64,000 bases of DNA from Azolla caroliniana. Taxonomy: Eukaryota > Plantae > Polypodiophyta. Shown here piece by piece: positions 38,401 to 50,093 of the stretch. The position numbers were made by a program, and so were the translations under genes. Position 1 is the stretch's first letter, and every line of letters begins with the position of its first letter. The notes below the pieces were generated by a model. That model ran no database searches. It saw only the letters and a program-made list of their open reading frames with translations, and had not been told where the DNA came from. The stretch lies in the NCBI GenBank assembly GCA_043228905.1, contig JBHGNT010000004.1:4154001-4218000 (forward strand), in the 5' to 3' direction.

Positions 38401-40166
38401 TCCCTCTCCACCATGCTTTGGAGGTTCCGGAAACAGTCAAAGACTTCGCTCTTCCACTCAATGAGGTAGATCCATGTGTGCCAGTTGTAGTCGTCGATGA
38501 AGGAGACGAAATATCGACTCCAGCCAAGACTCACGTTCTATGTCGGTCCCCATACATCCGAATGAATAAGGTCGAGCTTGTTATGGCTACGATTTCGTTC
38601 GGTGGGGAATGGAAGCCGGTGTTGCTTCCCGAGTTGGCAGGCTTCACATACTTGGGCCTTCCGGCCACCGAACTTCGGCAAACCGAAAACAACTTGTTTC
38701 ATTTGCAAGTCTTGAAGCCTCCGATAATTGACGTGGCCGATCCGCTTGTGCCACAGGTCGATGTCCGATTCGACCTTCTGTCCTTTGGCGAACAAAGCGG
38801 TGCCAACGTCATTGGTGTTAAGGATGAACATCCTCCCGTCTCTGCGCCCTTGCGCAATGATTTGGCCCTCTTCCTGGATGAAGCACCCAAGGTGCGTAAA
38901 CTGTACCTGCATCCCATGGTCAACGATCTGACCGACTGACACCAGGTTCTTAGTGATAGTCGAAATGTGTAATACGTTCATCAACTTCCCCCTCTGTCCA
39001 ACGTGGCTCAAAGGGACTTCTCCGACATGCACGATTGGGTGAGGAGTGTCGTCTCCGATTTCGATAACTCTCGGTTGTTCCGGTTTCTCCAGGAAGGAGA
39101 ACCACTCTTTGTGGCTTGTCATGTGATTCGACGCACCAGAATCAACATACCATACTTCCTTTGATTTGGAAGTGGTCTTTTTCATTGAATTTGCCTCGTG
39201 CTTCATCACCAAGGCTGACCCCTTATCGGTCTTCCTGGTTCCGGATCCTTTCGATCATTGCGCGTAGTGCGAGCTTTGTCGGTTTTCCCGACCGGTTTTG
39301 CCGGATCCAGATCTGTCTGAATCGGCGCGCTTCTTCCAACACTCGCTTTCTCGGTGGCCCTTTTTACCACAATACCAGCATTCTGTGGCGGGTTTATCTT
39401 GTCGGCATCCGGTGCCGCCTTGACTCCCCCTGCTTGTGGAAGTCCCAGAACTGTTGTCGGCACGTTCTCTGTGCCTTCTTTCCTGCTCTTGTCGGCCGCC
39501 TCCAGTGCGTGCCGACCCACCTCATCCCCCACGCCCACGGGGCTTATCCGCCTCCGTGTACATCATCCGGTTGTCCGATTGAGTGGTCCTAGACCCACTC
39601 GCGTGGTTTTCTTCGACCATCAGCATCGATTGCAAGTCAAAGAAGGTCAGTGGTTTCTCCCGGGTGTAGATTGTTGTCCGGATTGGCCCTTGCCTTTGCG
39701 CTAGACCACCAAGGCATATTTGTACCATTTCGTCTTCGTCCACCATCACGTTGATGGACCCGAGTGCGTCGCAAATCTCCTTTATTTTGGTGTAGTCCAT
39801 AACCGACATATCTCTTTGTCGGATGTTGTTCAACTCTTGTTGGAGCTGCAACTTACGGGTTGTGGTACTTGCGGCGAAAATCTTACGCAGATTTTCCCAG
39901 GCCTCCTTTGGCGTCTTTGCATCCCTGATGTAGCCGAGCATCTGGTCGTGCACACAGGACGCGAGGCAGTATAATACTTGGCTCGCCCCTTGCTCCCATA
40001 CCGGGAAGTCCTTGTGTCCAGGCTCTGGTGCTACCTCATTCGTTCCTTCCACGAAACTCCAATACCCATGCCTCAGTAGGTACTGGTGCATTTTGTATGA
40101 CCAGGACGCATAGTTGCTCTGGTTGAGCTTCTCTATAGGAAGTGAACTTGCCATACCTCTGTCCAT
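35438..40166 (-). pseudogene. Copia gag-pol polyprotein, broken into several frames
   Basis: gag (KLNQSNYASW, zinc knuckle CWYCGKKGHRESEC), protease WYVDSGASNHM, GAG-pre-integrase/integrase (LWHKRIGH, CEAC, SDGGKEY, TPEHNGVAERKNR), RT (YKARLLAKGYAQ, QMDVKNAFL, LYVDDL), RNase H (YTDADWA, SSIEAEY, CDNISS, ADIFTK). Confidence 0.95.
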
Positions 40167-40272
40167 TTTATTTTATTTTTCGTCTATTGTTCTATTCTCA
40201 CAACTTGTAGGGTTTTTCTTGAGAAAGCAAATGTCAGTTGTAGAGGTCTTCAACCCTCACGCTCTGATACCA

Positions 40273-40673
40273 TGAAAAAGATTATGTGTGGAAGCAATAG
40301 AAAACAAACACAGAAAACACGCAAGTTTAATGGAAAGTTTTACATACGCGGGAGAGACAGAGAAAGAGCAGAACAACATAATTATATTACAAAACAATAA
40401 TAGTTCTCTGTACATGAAACATGCTCAACATCACTATTTATACAAGTCCTGAGAGGAATGACAGAAGTACCGCGTACTTCAATGCTCACTCGAGCATCTG
40501 GCACTGACTACGAGACTATTAACTTCCTAGTAGTCTAACTGCTACTAGGCTTCCGGTTACTGATGGATCCAGCTAACCGGCTCCCCAACTCACCGGCTCG
40601 CCAATCCGTCTCACCGATCCGGTTTCATCCTTCCGGATGCCGATCCGGATCCGGTTGAGCTTGCCGCTCAATA
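40273..40673 (-). repeat. Copia 5' LTR
   Basis: Adjacent to the PBS; near-identical to 34872-35258. Confidence 0.92.
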
Positions 40674-41825
40674 GTTTCAAAGAAACATGCATGCAATTTG
40701 ACTCAAGCCACCCTTAAATCTGAAAGTTTACAAATTGTATTCCACAAATAAAAAACTTGGCAAACTATTTGCTCAGTGTTTGGATCCACGATCTGATGGC
40801 ATTGGTGCTTCCATATTTACCGTGGCCACATTCGGTGATGTGTTATCTGAATATGATGTTAATGGGAGAGTATCTATCACCAACTCCACCTCCTTCCGCC
40901 TAACTTGCATTTTGGGTTGTCTCTGTCTAGGTGGTGTGGATACATCTGATGGATGTTATGCCTCTTGTGTATTGGTTGACACACCACCCTCTTTGGTGGA
41001 TAAGCCCGCTTTTTTACACTACTTCACCAAATATGACATAATCCAAAGATTTAACCCTCCAACACTAAAAAAGCATGAAAGGTTCATACTTACATAAGAA
41101 TCCAATCTGGATGCAATATTCTTCTTCAACATTTCCATCTGTTCATCCTTTTTGGAGTTGTAGATGGCCATCTCATGCTACATAAATCTCGTAGTGAACT
41201 TTGCATCGGTGATCCGTCAGAGTTCAACGGGAATGGAGTTGAACCTCAAAAACGGCCCTAACCTTCAACTTCTGGATGTATGATTGCCGATTTTTGTGGT
41301 ACTTGATTTCAGGGTCCATGAAATGTTTTAGCGATCTCTGGTGCTCATAGTTGTTGAAGCACACCCCTAGGGTATCCTCCTCTATCCTCATCCCTGGTGG
41401 TAGCACTATGTCAATGCCATGTGTCTTGCGTAAGTGTGTTTCCATGTCGCATTTCTTGAGATACCATTTTTATGGCAAGACTTAGCCATGATACATGCAC
41501 GGGCCTTGTTCCATCGTGCATCTCGCCCAACCCTATACAACAAGTTCGGAACCTCTCAATGATCAATGATCAACCAAAACCCTAAATAATCAATAATCAA
41601 TTAACCCTAAACCCTTGACATGAAAAATATGATCTACACCAAAAACAATTTGCAAAAAAAGTAGAAACATTGGGCAGATGGGAAATAAATGGGTGACGAT
41701 AGCAAAAGTGGCAAATGGATGTAGTTGATGACAGGCTGCTTGAAACCATTATCGGCAAAAAACCCTAACAATCTCGTTTGAAAAAATGTGAGAAAATGAT
41801 AGCCGATTTCAAGGTTTTATACACA

Positions 41826-42275
41826 TCGGTTGGGCGACCAAACTTGGTTGGGCAACCTGAATTGCTTGGTTGGGCGACCACAATACTTAATGGGTTGGGC
41901 GACCAAACTTGGTTGGGGATACATGTGGTTGGGCGACCTGAATTGCTTGGTTGGGCGACCAAACTTGGTTGGGGATACATGCGGGTGGGCGACTTGAATT
42001 GCTTGGTTGGGCGACCAAACTTGGTTGGGGATACATGTAGTTGGGTGACTTGAATTGCTTGGTTGGGCAACCATAATACTTATGGGTTGGGTGACCACAC
42101 GTCGGTTGGGTGACCACAATTAAACTTGGTTGGGCAACCAAACTTGGTTGGTAGGTTGGGCGACCACATTAGGTAGGTTGGGTGACCACAATAGGAAGGT
42201 TGGGCGACCACAATAGGTAGGTTGGGCGATCACAATAGGCAGTTGGGCGACTACTAACAGGGTTGGCCGACCAAG
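41826..42275. repeat. Subterminal array of ggttgggcgacc repeats of the TIR element
   Basis: About 20 copies of ggttgggcgacc and variants, with higher-order units (aaacttggttggggatacatg, tgaattgcttggttg). Confidence 0.9.
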
Positions 42276-42459
42276 GATCAAATTTGGATGACCTCTGACA
42301 ACTTTTTTTATCGCATATTTTTTTTTCCAAATGGGACGATGCAGATCGGACGCTCTATCAATTGAGTTACCTGCATTGTCCGTGGCCATGATTCCATCGC
42401 TAGCCCTATTTATGATTTGGTAGCTAATAGACACATCAATATGTGTGTATGTATCTATG

Positions 42460-43161
42460 CATTGATTGACATATTCACATTCGTGGGGCCTCCCCAACGA
42501 ATGCATACGAATGCGAACACAAATATAGATAACGGGCAACAGTATTCGTTTTTTTCTTTTTTTAACTTTTTTATGAAAAAGAAATCGCTTTTTTTAATGC
42601 TAGCTACTGTAAGCGAGCAACACAGAACAATCAGCGAAGAGGCCGCACCCTGCATCTTGTCCGTGATGCTTACACCCTCGCCTCCCCTTGCATCTTGTTC
42701 TCTGCCTAAAAATTAGGGTTTCGGGCAAAAACCCTAATTCCAGTCGAAACCCTAATTTTGACCATATTTCTTCTTCTCAGCCTGCATCCTCGCCTCCCCC
42801 TCATCCTCTGAGTGACACCTACATATTGTTCTCGGCCTCCAAACCTACGGTTTTGCTAAAACCCTAAATTTGTCTGAAATTAATTAATGTTTTAGTAATT
42901 TAATTCATTATTAGTGGGTTAATTAATATTTTAATTCCTAAAACCCTAATTTTGGCTGGAATTAGGAACTTTAATTAATTAATTAATACTTTTAGTAAAT
43001 TAGTTCATGAGTAGTGAATTAATTAATATTTTAGTGAATTAATTCTTTTTGTAGTAAATTAAATCATTTTTATTAAGTAAATATAATAAAAACGAATGGT
43101 TCAATGTAATATTCCTGGGGTCATTTTGTATTGTCGAATATCACGCATCCGTCAATCTATG
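42460..43161. mobile_element. Non-autonomous hAT-type MITE (family 1, copy b)
   Basis: Ends cattgattgac...gtcaatctatg. Colinear with 10489-11258 (cattcgtggggcct.cccc.acgaat, aaaattagggtttcgg..aaaaccctaatt, aaacgaatggtt...ggggtc). Flanks tatctatg/tatatgtg look like a decayed TSD. Confidence 0.82.
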
Positions 43162-43335
43162 TATATGTGTGTGTGTATGTATGTGTCATGTATGTATGTA
43201 TGAATGTATGTATGAATGTATATGTGTGTATGTATGTATGTATGTATGTATGTATGTATGTATGTATGAATGTATATGTGTGTATGTATGTATGTATGTA
43301 TGTATGTATGTATGTGTCAATGTATGTATGAATGC
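43162..43335. repeat. (TATG)n compound microsatellite
   Basis: Direct reading. Confidence 0.95.
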
Positions 43336-43482
43336 ATGTTATTGATTTTGCCGTCCGACCAAAGACACATAAATATAAATAAATGTAATTTAAATAAATA
43401 AATTTCTAAAATCCTGCCACGTGGAATAAGAGCCCAATGCGGGTTTTGCCACGTCATCGTCTCTCTGTTTCTCTGATTCTGC

Positions 43483-43524
<42 letters not shown>

Positions 43525-43701
43525 CACCGCTCCTCCCGACATTTCTCTTCCTGCCACATCTCAGAATTAGGGTTAGGGTTTCCTTCTCCATCTCAGAATT
43601 AGGGTTTTACTTCTCCATCTCAGAATCAGATTCCTTCTTTTTTTTTTGGGCTCTTTCTCCTCCTTCTTTGCGTGACTGTTTTTTCTAGCTTCCTTCCTTC
43701 C

Positions 43702-46700
43702 ATGGATCCTCCACTCACATACCCTTCTCTCACCCCTTCTGGACCTCAGCTTCCCACCACTCTCGATCCTCGATCTCTTCTACAGTACCCCGATCCTGTC
43801 TCGGTAGATGCCATAGCGGAAGATCTATCCAAAGCTCCTCTTCTCTCCCCTGTTGAAGCATCAGAGACCATCCTTGTAAACATTCCCGACGCCATAGCTC
43901 ATCTCATCGATAGAGACAACAGTCTCCTTCTCTCCACGGGCGATTTCTCTCTTGTTCGCCTAACCCAGGGTGGCAATGGGATCGCAGTCTTTGCCCGAGT
44001 GGGGAAAGACCTCCAATGGCCTCTAACGAAAGACCAATCTTCAGTTAAACTAGATCCTTTGCATTACTTTTTCTCTATATTAGTCCCACCTGAGGTTGAA
44101 GCGGCGTGCAGAACATCTTCTTCAGAGGAGGAATCTGGAAATAGGATATCAGGTAAGGTATCTAATTTAGAGGAATTCAGAAATGACTTATCGGAGGAGG
44201 TTCTGCACTATGGTATTACTTTCAGGCCTAGCTCTGATACCGCCTCTTTGGTCCTCTTGGACGACATGCTTATTCAATATAGCCATTTCAGCGCCCCACA
44301 AGTTACTCTGGGCAATGGTGAGATTTCTGTGGAAAGCAACGGAGAAGAAGGAGAGGAGAAAGGAAGAGAGAGAAAAGAGCAAGATTTAGGTGAAAAGCTA
44401 TCTTTAGGGTTTCGTGGGTACCCGTTGGAAGATGGGTCAGCCGAGTATTGGACATTGTTAGCTCCCAATGTTGAGGATTACAGCTCTGGTATAGCTAGGG
44501 CTATTGCTTCTGGTGCTGGCCATGTTATCAGGGGCATATTTTGGTGTAGTGATGCAACTGTTGCACAGCTAGAGAAAGGAAATCTCTATATGAAAGGAAG
44601 GGTGAAGGCCAAAGATTCTCCAACCCAAGTTAGCCCAGCCACAATGGAAAGAATGAAAAGGTTGGTTTATTTTGCTCATTGAAAAATTGCTTGCTGTTTT
44701 CAATTTAAAATGTCGATCAAATGAAAAAGAATTAACATTAATTAATATATAGAATTATGATGAGTGGTATTAAGTCTAAGGTTTTTAATTAACCCTCACA
44801 ATATGCTGTTTATATAATGAACTGTATTATTGTCATAATGTAACCATCAGAATACTGCTCATAGTAACCTGATTGTAAGGGTTGGTATAGAGCTCATAAT
44901 ACTGTTCATAATAATCCGATTATGAGTGTTGTTCGTCAGAAATAAAGTAGGGATAATTTGGTAATGAAAAAAATAGAAGTATGTGGAACATTAAAAATGT
45001 ATGGGGTATTCCTGTCAATTTGTGTTGAAGTTATATTTATTTTAATGTTTTCCCCTAAATAATGCTGGCATGAACTTGAGCGTGGTTTTTGAGCGGTTCA
45101 TTTCTGGTCATATGTGTAACAAATGGGTATTTTGGTATTTTCCCCTTGATAATATCAGCATAAAGTTGATTGAGAATGGTGTTTGATGGATTTGTTAACG
45201 GCACAACTGTATATGTTAGATCCTAAATGTGTTCATTGGAAAGAGCATAATTGTGGTGAAGAAGGCCACAATACTGACTAGAACCAATTGGTATGTTATT
45301 GTGGGTTGTGATTGTAGATGCCAATCACAGGAGTCCCCTTTGGCTGACCATAGGGACCACATTTTGGGGCAACAGTACTTCCTCTTGGGAAGATTGTGGT
45401 AGACCGATAACTGTTATACTCAGACTGCTAGCGGGGCTAGCACTGGGCAAAGATGGAAGGCACTTTATAACCACTTATGAAGCTAGCCTGTAATTATCGA
45501 TGAAACTTATTTAATTAATGATTAGGTGATCACATAATTAACAGTAAGGGACAACAGAGAGTAAGAGCTTCAACAATACGTTAGAAATGCTAACTTACTT
45601 ATATTCCTCTCCTCCTTGGGGATCGTTTTACATGGGTTTTATATAAACAAGGATGATGGAGAGGAGATAATGTGTTCATCACCCTATCTGTACTTCCATT
45701 CCATTACAGATTTGTTTCCCATAAAACTTTTGGTCACACAACATTACAGTTGTTCACCCCCTTGGCCACACAATATTACAGTTGTGTGTTCATACCCACC
45801 CCTAGGGACAGCTTGGAATGTTTCCCATGAAACTTTTGGTCATGACATTCCATCCTCCTGAAGGATTTGTCATTGTTGTCGATGACCAATTTTGGAAATG
45901 CTAACATATGTTATGACATTCCATCCTCCTGAAGGATTTGTCATTGTTGTCGATGACCAATTTTGGAAATGCTAACATATTTTACAAGTATTCTACACGT
46001 ATTCTAAGTATTTAACGTATTTAACGTACTTTTATCTATAAAATACGTATTCTAAGTATTTTTTTTAAAAAGTTAGAATACTTAGAATACGTATTGTACG
46101 CGTATTTTATGCTATGTATTTTACAACATTGGTTAGTGCCAAGCAAGAAATGAAGGTGCTCTAGAGTACCACTTATGTAATTAAATCACTAGATTAGTTC
46201 ACAGATGGCGGCTTTTCACTCAGGCAGTTGAGTCATAATTGCCGCTAAAAGTTATTTAATGAACGATTAACTAATCACTCATCAACACAAAAACACAGTG
46301 GAGGGGTAGGGCTTCAAGCAATCTATCAGAAATTCCAACTTAATTATATTCCTTTACTATTGTCAGAAAGTAAAGGATTACTATGGAGAATATAATCATA
46401 CAATTGAATTTTTTAACAGTTGTACAATTCACAATATTATGATGCCACGATTTTGAAACACAGTTATGATGGAAAATACCTTAATAAAATTGAATTTGTA
46501 ACTATGGCTTGACCCAAGCACTAATATCAATGTTAATAATTGGGTATAGTTCACACAACACTACAATTGTGATGGGAATAATAGCAGGATTCTATTGGAT
46601 TTTTTGCAATGTTTTGACCCAAAAAAAAATTCAATGTTATTAGTTGGTATATTCTGATAATACAACTATGGTTTTGAAAAAACAATGATTGTGAGTAGCA

Positions 46701-47534
46701 TGATCCTATTTGATGTGTGACATTGTCTTGGCTTAGCCATGCAATATCATGAACTGTTTCAAGGGGAGCCACCACATGGCTTTTTGTCTTTGATTTCTTT
46801 GCTCTGAGGTATCCATCTATTTCAGGGCAAAAAAGATATCAGCAATGTGTGAGCAAGTTTCTGCTGGTGTACTCTCTGGATTTTTGAAAGCTGCAGCATT
46901 CATAGCAAGACCACTTGTCACATCAAAGGTTGGACAGAAGCTTTTCAATCTTCTTCCTGGTCAGATTGCAATAGCTTCATTGGATAGTTTTGGTAAGAAC
47001 TCTTCTTTTGCTCTCTTTTAACCCTTTTTTTATTTCACTTTGTCTTTCCAACTGTTGTTGGCATGAAGCTTCTAAACTAGAGATGAATTCTTTGCAGGGA
47101 AAATATTTGATGCTTTAGAGATAGCGGGAAAGAATGTATTAACCACGACATCTGTTGCTACCACCGGATTAGTTTCACAAAGGTAACAACTTAAATCAAT
47201 CTCTGGGACCCCTGTTAGTTTCTATGCAAGGAAATTCTTAGGTTACAAATGCTATTGAATGGTTCACAAGTGTTTTCTATATGTGAACTATTCCCTCATG
47301 TTTTATGTTTTTATGGTTTGAAGGTATGGAAATGAGGCAGGGCAGTTGACACAGGAGGGATTGAGCACTGCTGGAGGATTCTTGACCACGGCGTGGTCAA
47401 TTTCAAAACTACGAAAAGTGTTATATCCAAGCACTCTTATGAAAGCTGCTGTGAAGGTTGCGGGTAACGAGAAAAAGACCAGAGAAAATGGCAATAAAGA
47501 TACAAAGGATCCTTCAACCCAAAACTCGAAATAA
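43702..47534 (+). CDS. Senescence/dehydration-associated protein, ERD7 / spartin senescence-domain family
   Basis: Exons 43702-44660, 46826-46992, 47098-47182, 47324-47534. Motifs ETILVNIPDAIAHLID, GDFSLVRLTQG, LQWPLTKD..VKLDPLHYFF, YWTLLAPNVEDY, IASGAGHVIRGIFWC, LLPGQIAIASLDSFGKIFDALE.AGKNV, RYGNEAG. Confidence 0.9.
45842..45980. repeat. Near-perfect ~71-bp tandem duplication in ERD7 intron 1
   Basis: atgacattccatcctcctgaagg...ggaaatgctaacatat occurs twice. Confidence 0.9.
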
Positions 47535-49076
47535 GTGTTTTATTCTAGGGATCGATGGTACAGTATGATATCAAATGTCAAATGAACTTTGGAATAATCT
47601 TCTCTTGACAGAGGATTAATCCTGTGTGCATAATACAGCTCAGAGCTTTTACCACATGTTCAAAATAAAGTGGTTTTGCAATTGGTATGGTTGAGACTTT
47701 TTTGACTAAGACTATTGAAGTGAGTTGGTGAGAGAAATAGATCGTGTTTGTACAGTTAAGAAGCAGCATGTTGTGGGTAAAGTACATATACATCCAGATG
47801 GAATTGTATGGTTTTGCAGATTGTTGCAGTGCATGTGTCATCAGTAAGAGGTGAGCTAAAAGAATTATCCAAATTAGACTTGATTCGAGTGGGGATATTG
47901 TGGACCAAGTGCAATGGGAAGATTATCAGTGTCCCGAAATGCAATTATATAGCAGGACTCTTATCATTGACATCCCTTTATGCTCTATGGCATATATTAA
48001 TCATAGACATGTATGGAAAGAAATGAATTAACCAATAGATATTCCATGAATCACCTCCACCTTGAATTTTTTTGAAAGACATAGATTATCAAGCTGCAAT
48101 GATCCACAAGACGATGTGTTCATGATTGAAATAGAAATGTCATTTTTTCCCAGGTTAGCTTTTCATGGAAGTGTAGCACGTTGTATAATGCTCCAAGAAA
48201 CCATATCATTGGTCTATAGCCTTAATAAGCTAACCAAATCATCAGTAACCATTTTTCTGAATACAAATACTTAGCAGTCTTCATTTCCTAGTGTGCTATC
48301 TAAATCTTGGGAAATACCTTCACAGCACTGAAGCTCAAATCCAGCCTGAAAATGATGGAAGCTACAGTGATATAATATCTTAAGATTAAAAACATTGCAT
48401 ATATGACATCAAAGATGGGGATAGTTTTATAGGACATGTACCCACATGCAATGAGGTGTGGTATGGTGGTGTAGGAAATGCAACTTCTCATTTGTGGAAT
48501 TTTAATGTCACCAGAGTCTTGTACATTTAATGGCATTAACATATAGAGAACTAGCAATACACTATTTTTCAATGTGAGATTCTGTCATTGTTTTATGATA
48601 GACTCACACATTGAAAGGTTATGGATGAAAGGTTGCCATTGTAATCGGATAATTATGATGGGAATTAGTTTAAAATCTAGAATGGCTTATTGCCACACTT
48701 CAAAGGTTGATGATTTTCAATTTTAATTTTATGCAAATTATTATCTAAATGGTTTAAACAATTTCATTTGAAATACAATTCATTTATAAAGGATTTATGG
48801 GTTAAAATTTTCAGTTCTATACGTTTTGTAGTTTGATTTGGTTTTCAATTTTTTTAAATGAGTTTGAGATTCCAAACTGAACCATTGCCAATTGCTTATG
48901 AAACCCACAAGTTGTAATCTTGATCCAAGTCTTTAAGAAAGCTAACTATATTGCTTATAGCATATCATTTGTTTGGCTAATATATAATTAAGCTATTAGT
49001 CGTGAACCGTAAAGAATCTAACTCTAGTAGAGTTTAGTATTTAGAAGCGTAGTGTGTGTGAGAGAGAGAGAGTGAA

Positions 49077-49385
49077 TGTATAAGCAAGAGAAGGAATTAC
49101 AGAGAATAACCAGAAAAATAAGAAAACACACAGTAGGGGGATGACAGTTTATGCACTTAAGAGAGCTATATTAATTATCTAAAGATCATCGACAAAACAG
49201 AATGGGCAAAGGGGGTTTTATATACAAGTCCTCAAGAGACTGCCATATTAAATGTGTTGGTGGAATCTAACCAAGATATCCACTTGAACACGATTTTGTC
49301 ATAAGAATATCTAATATTCTTTGACTACATTAACACTCGACAACTACACGGACTACAATAAAGTGTTTTCACACACTTTTTAACA
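49077..49385 (-). mobile_element. Possible decayed copia-type LTR remnant
   Basis: TG...CA ends and a tatatacaagtcct segment resembling the copia LTR; no TSD found. Confidence 0.3.
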
Positions 49386-50093
49386 CATCGTCCTTTTCTT
49401 CATAAGCACATGTTCACACAAGTTGAGCTTGATTCTCAACATGAACCATACACGAGTGGCTTATGATTCAAGACATTACTCTTCAAAACTACTATGAAAA
49501 GCAAAAGAACGTTATTTATAAATGAAGTCAATTGACTTTCCTTTGCTCTCTTTTATATTTTTATTACTAATGTGCAAGGTGTTGTTCCTTGTTAATGCTA
49601 ATATTCTTCAAAAGCCCATATATCTCATCCATTAATGATCAATAAGGTGTTCTTAAACATCCATTAATGATCAATACATTACCAGCAATCCAAGATTTAT
49701 CTGTGGTTATATATATCCTAGAGATAAAGTCAATATGCATCACAATAGACCCTAATGCCAATCATCAAGAACATTCATTGAACAATAATACTTGGTCTAA
49801 AAATGAAAACTGGAAACAACACTTTGATAATGAAGAAAAAAGGAAAGAACATTATTTTACAAATGCTTAAACAATAAGCACATAAATATGATTATAACTC
49901 ATGCATAAATTGTTTGCCGTTGCATATGTATAGTTATAATGTGAGTAATGAAGGATGGTTAACAAAATATTATATCTATACAAAAAGACTGAAAAGTATA
50001 TAATGGGATCTCCTATAGTGTAATGCCTCCAATATCTCTTAATGGTGTTCTTCTCCATCAAAGTATGAGATTTGTTCAAACTTTTAGAAAGTA

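Larger units (their letters stand above)
34872..40673 (-). mobile_element. Full-length Ty1/copia LTR retrotransposon (frameshifted)
   Basis: LTRs 40273-40673 (5') and 34872-35258 (3'); TSD gtttc at 34867-34871 and 40674-40678; tRNA-iMet PBS tggtatcagagc (rc of 40261-40272); PPT gagggggag (rc of 35259-35267). Confidence 0.96.
34290..41530 (-). pseudogene. Transposon-borne spliced gene remnant: N-terminal C2H2-like zinc finger plus C-terminal Ulp1/C48 SUMO-protease domain, split by copia
   Basis: Minus strand: CIMAKSCHK/WYLKKCDMETHLRKTHG (~41420-41500, frameshift). The reading frame continues across the copia TSD. The protease part shows VSGHWVLW, FCDPLN and QPNGSDCGFY, i.e. the His-Asp-Cys triad plus the oxyanion Gln. 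Confidence 0.7.
33768..42435. mobile_element. Unclassified TIR DNA transposon (non-autonomous or decayed) with ~200-bp diverged TIRs and subterminal repeat arrays; hosts the copia insertion
   Basis: Left end tgtgtctatccgctaccaaatcataaatagggttgg...ggaatcatggtcacagat...gatctgca...gttgtcagagg matches the reverse complement of 42270-42435. ggtcgcccaacc repeats on the left face ggttgggcgacc repeats on the right. Confidence 0.8.

Noticed and set aside
41765-42539. Repetitive ORFs on both strands
   Set aside because: They are by-products of the stop-poor subterminal repeat array.
43560-43610. Interstitial telomere repeats
   Set aside because: Only isolated ttagggtt telo-box motifs in a 5' leader, which are common in plant genes.
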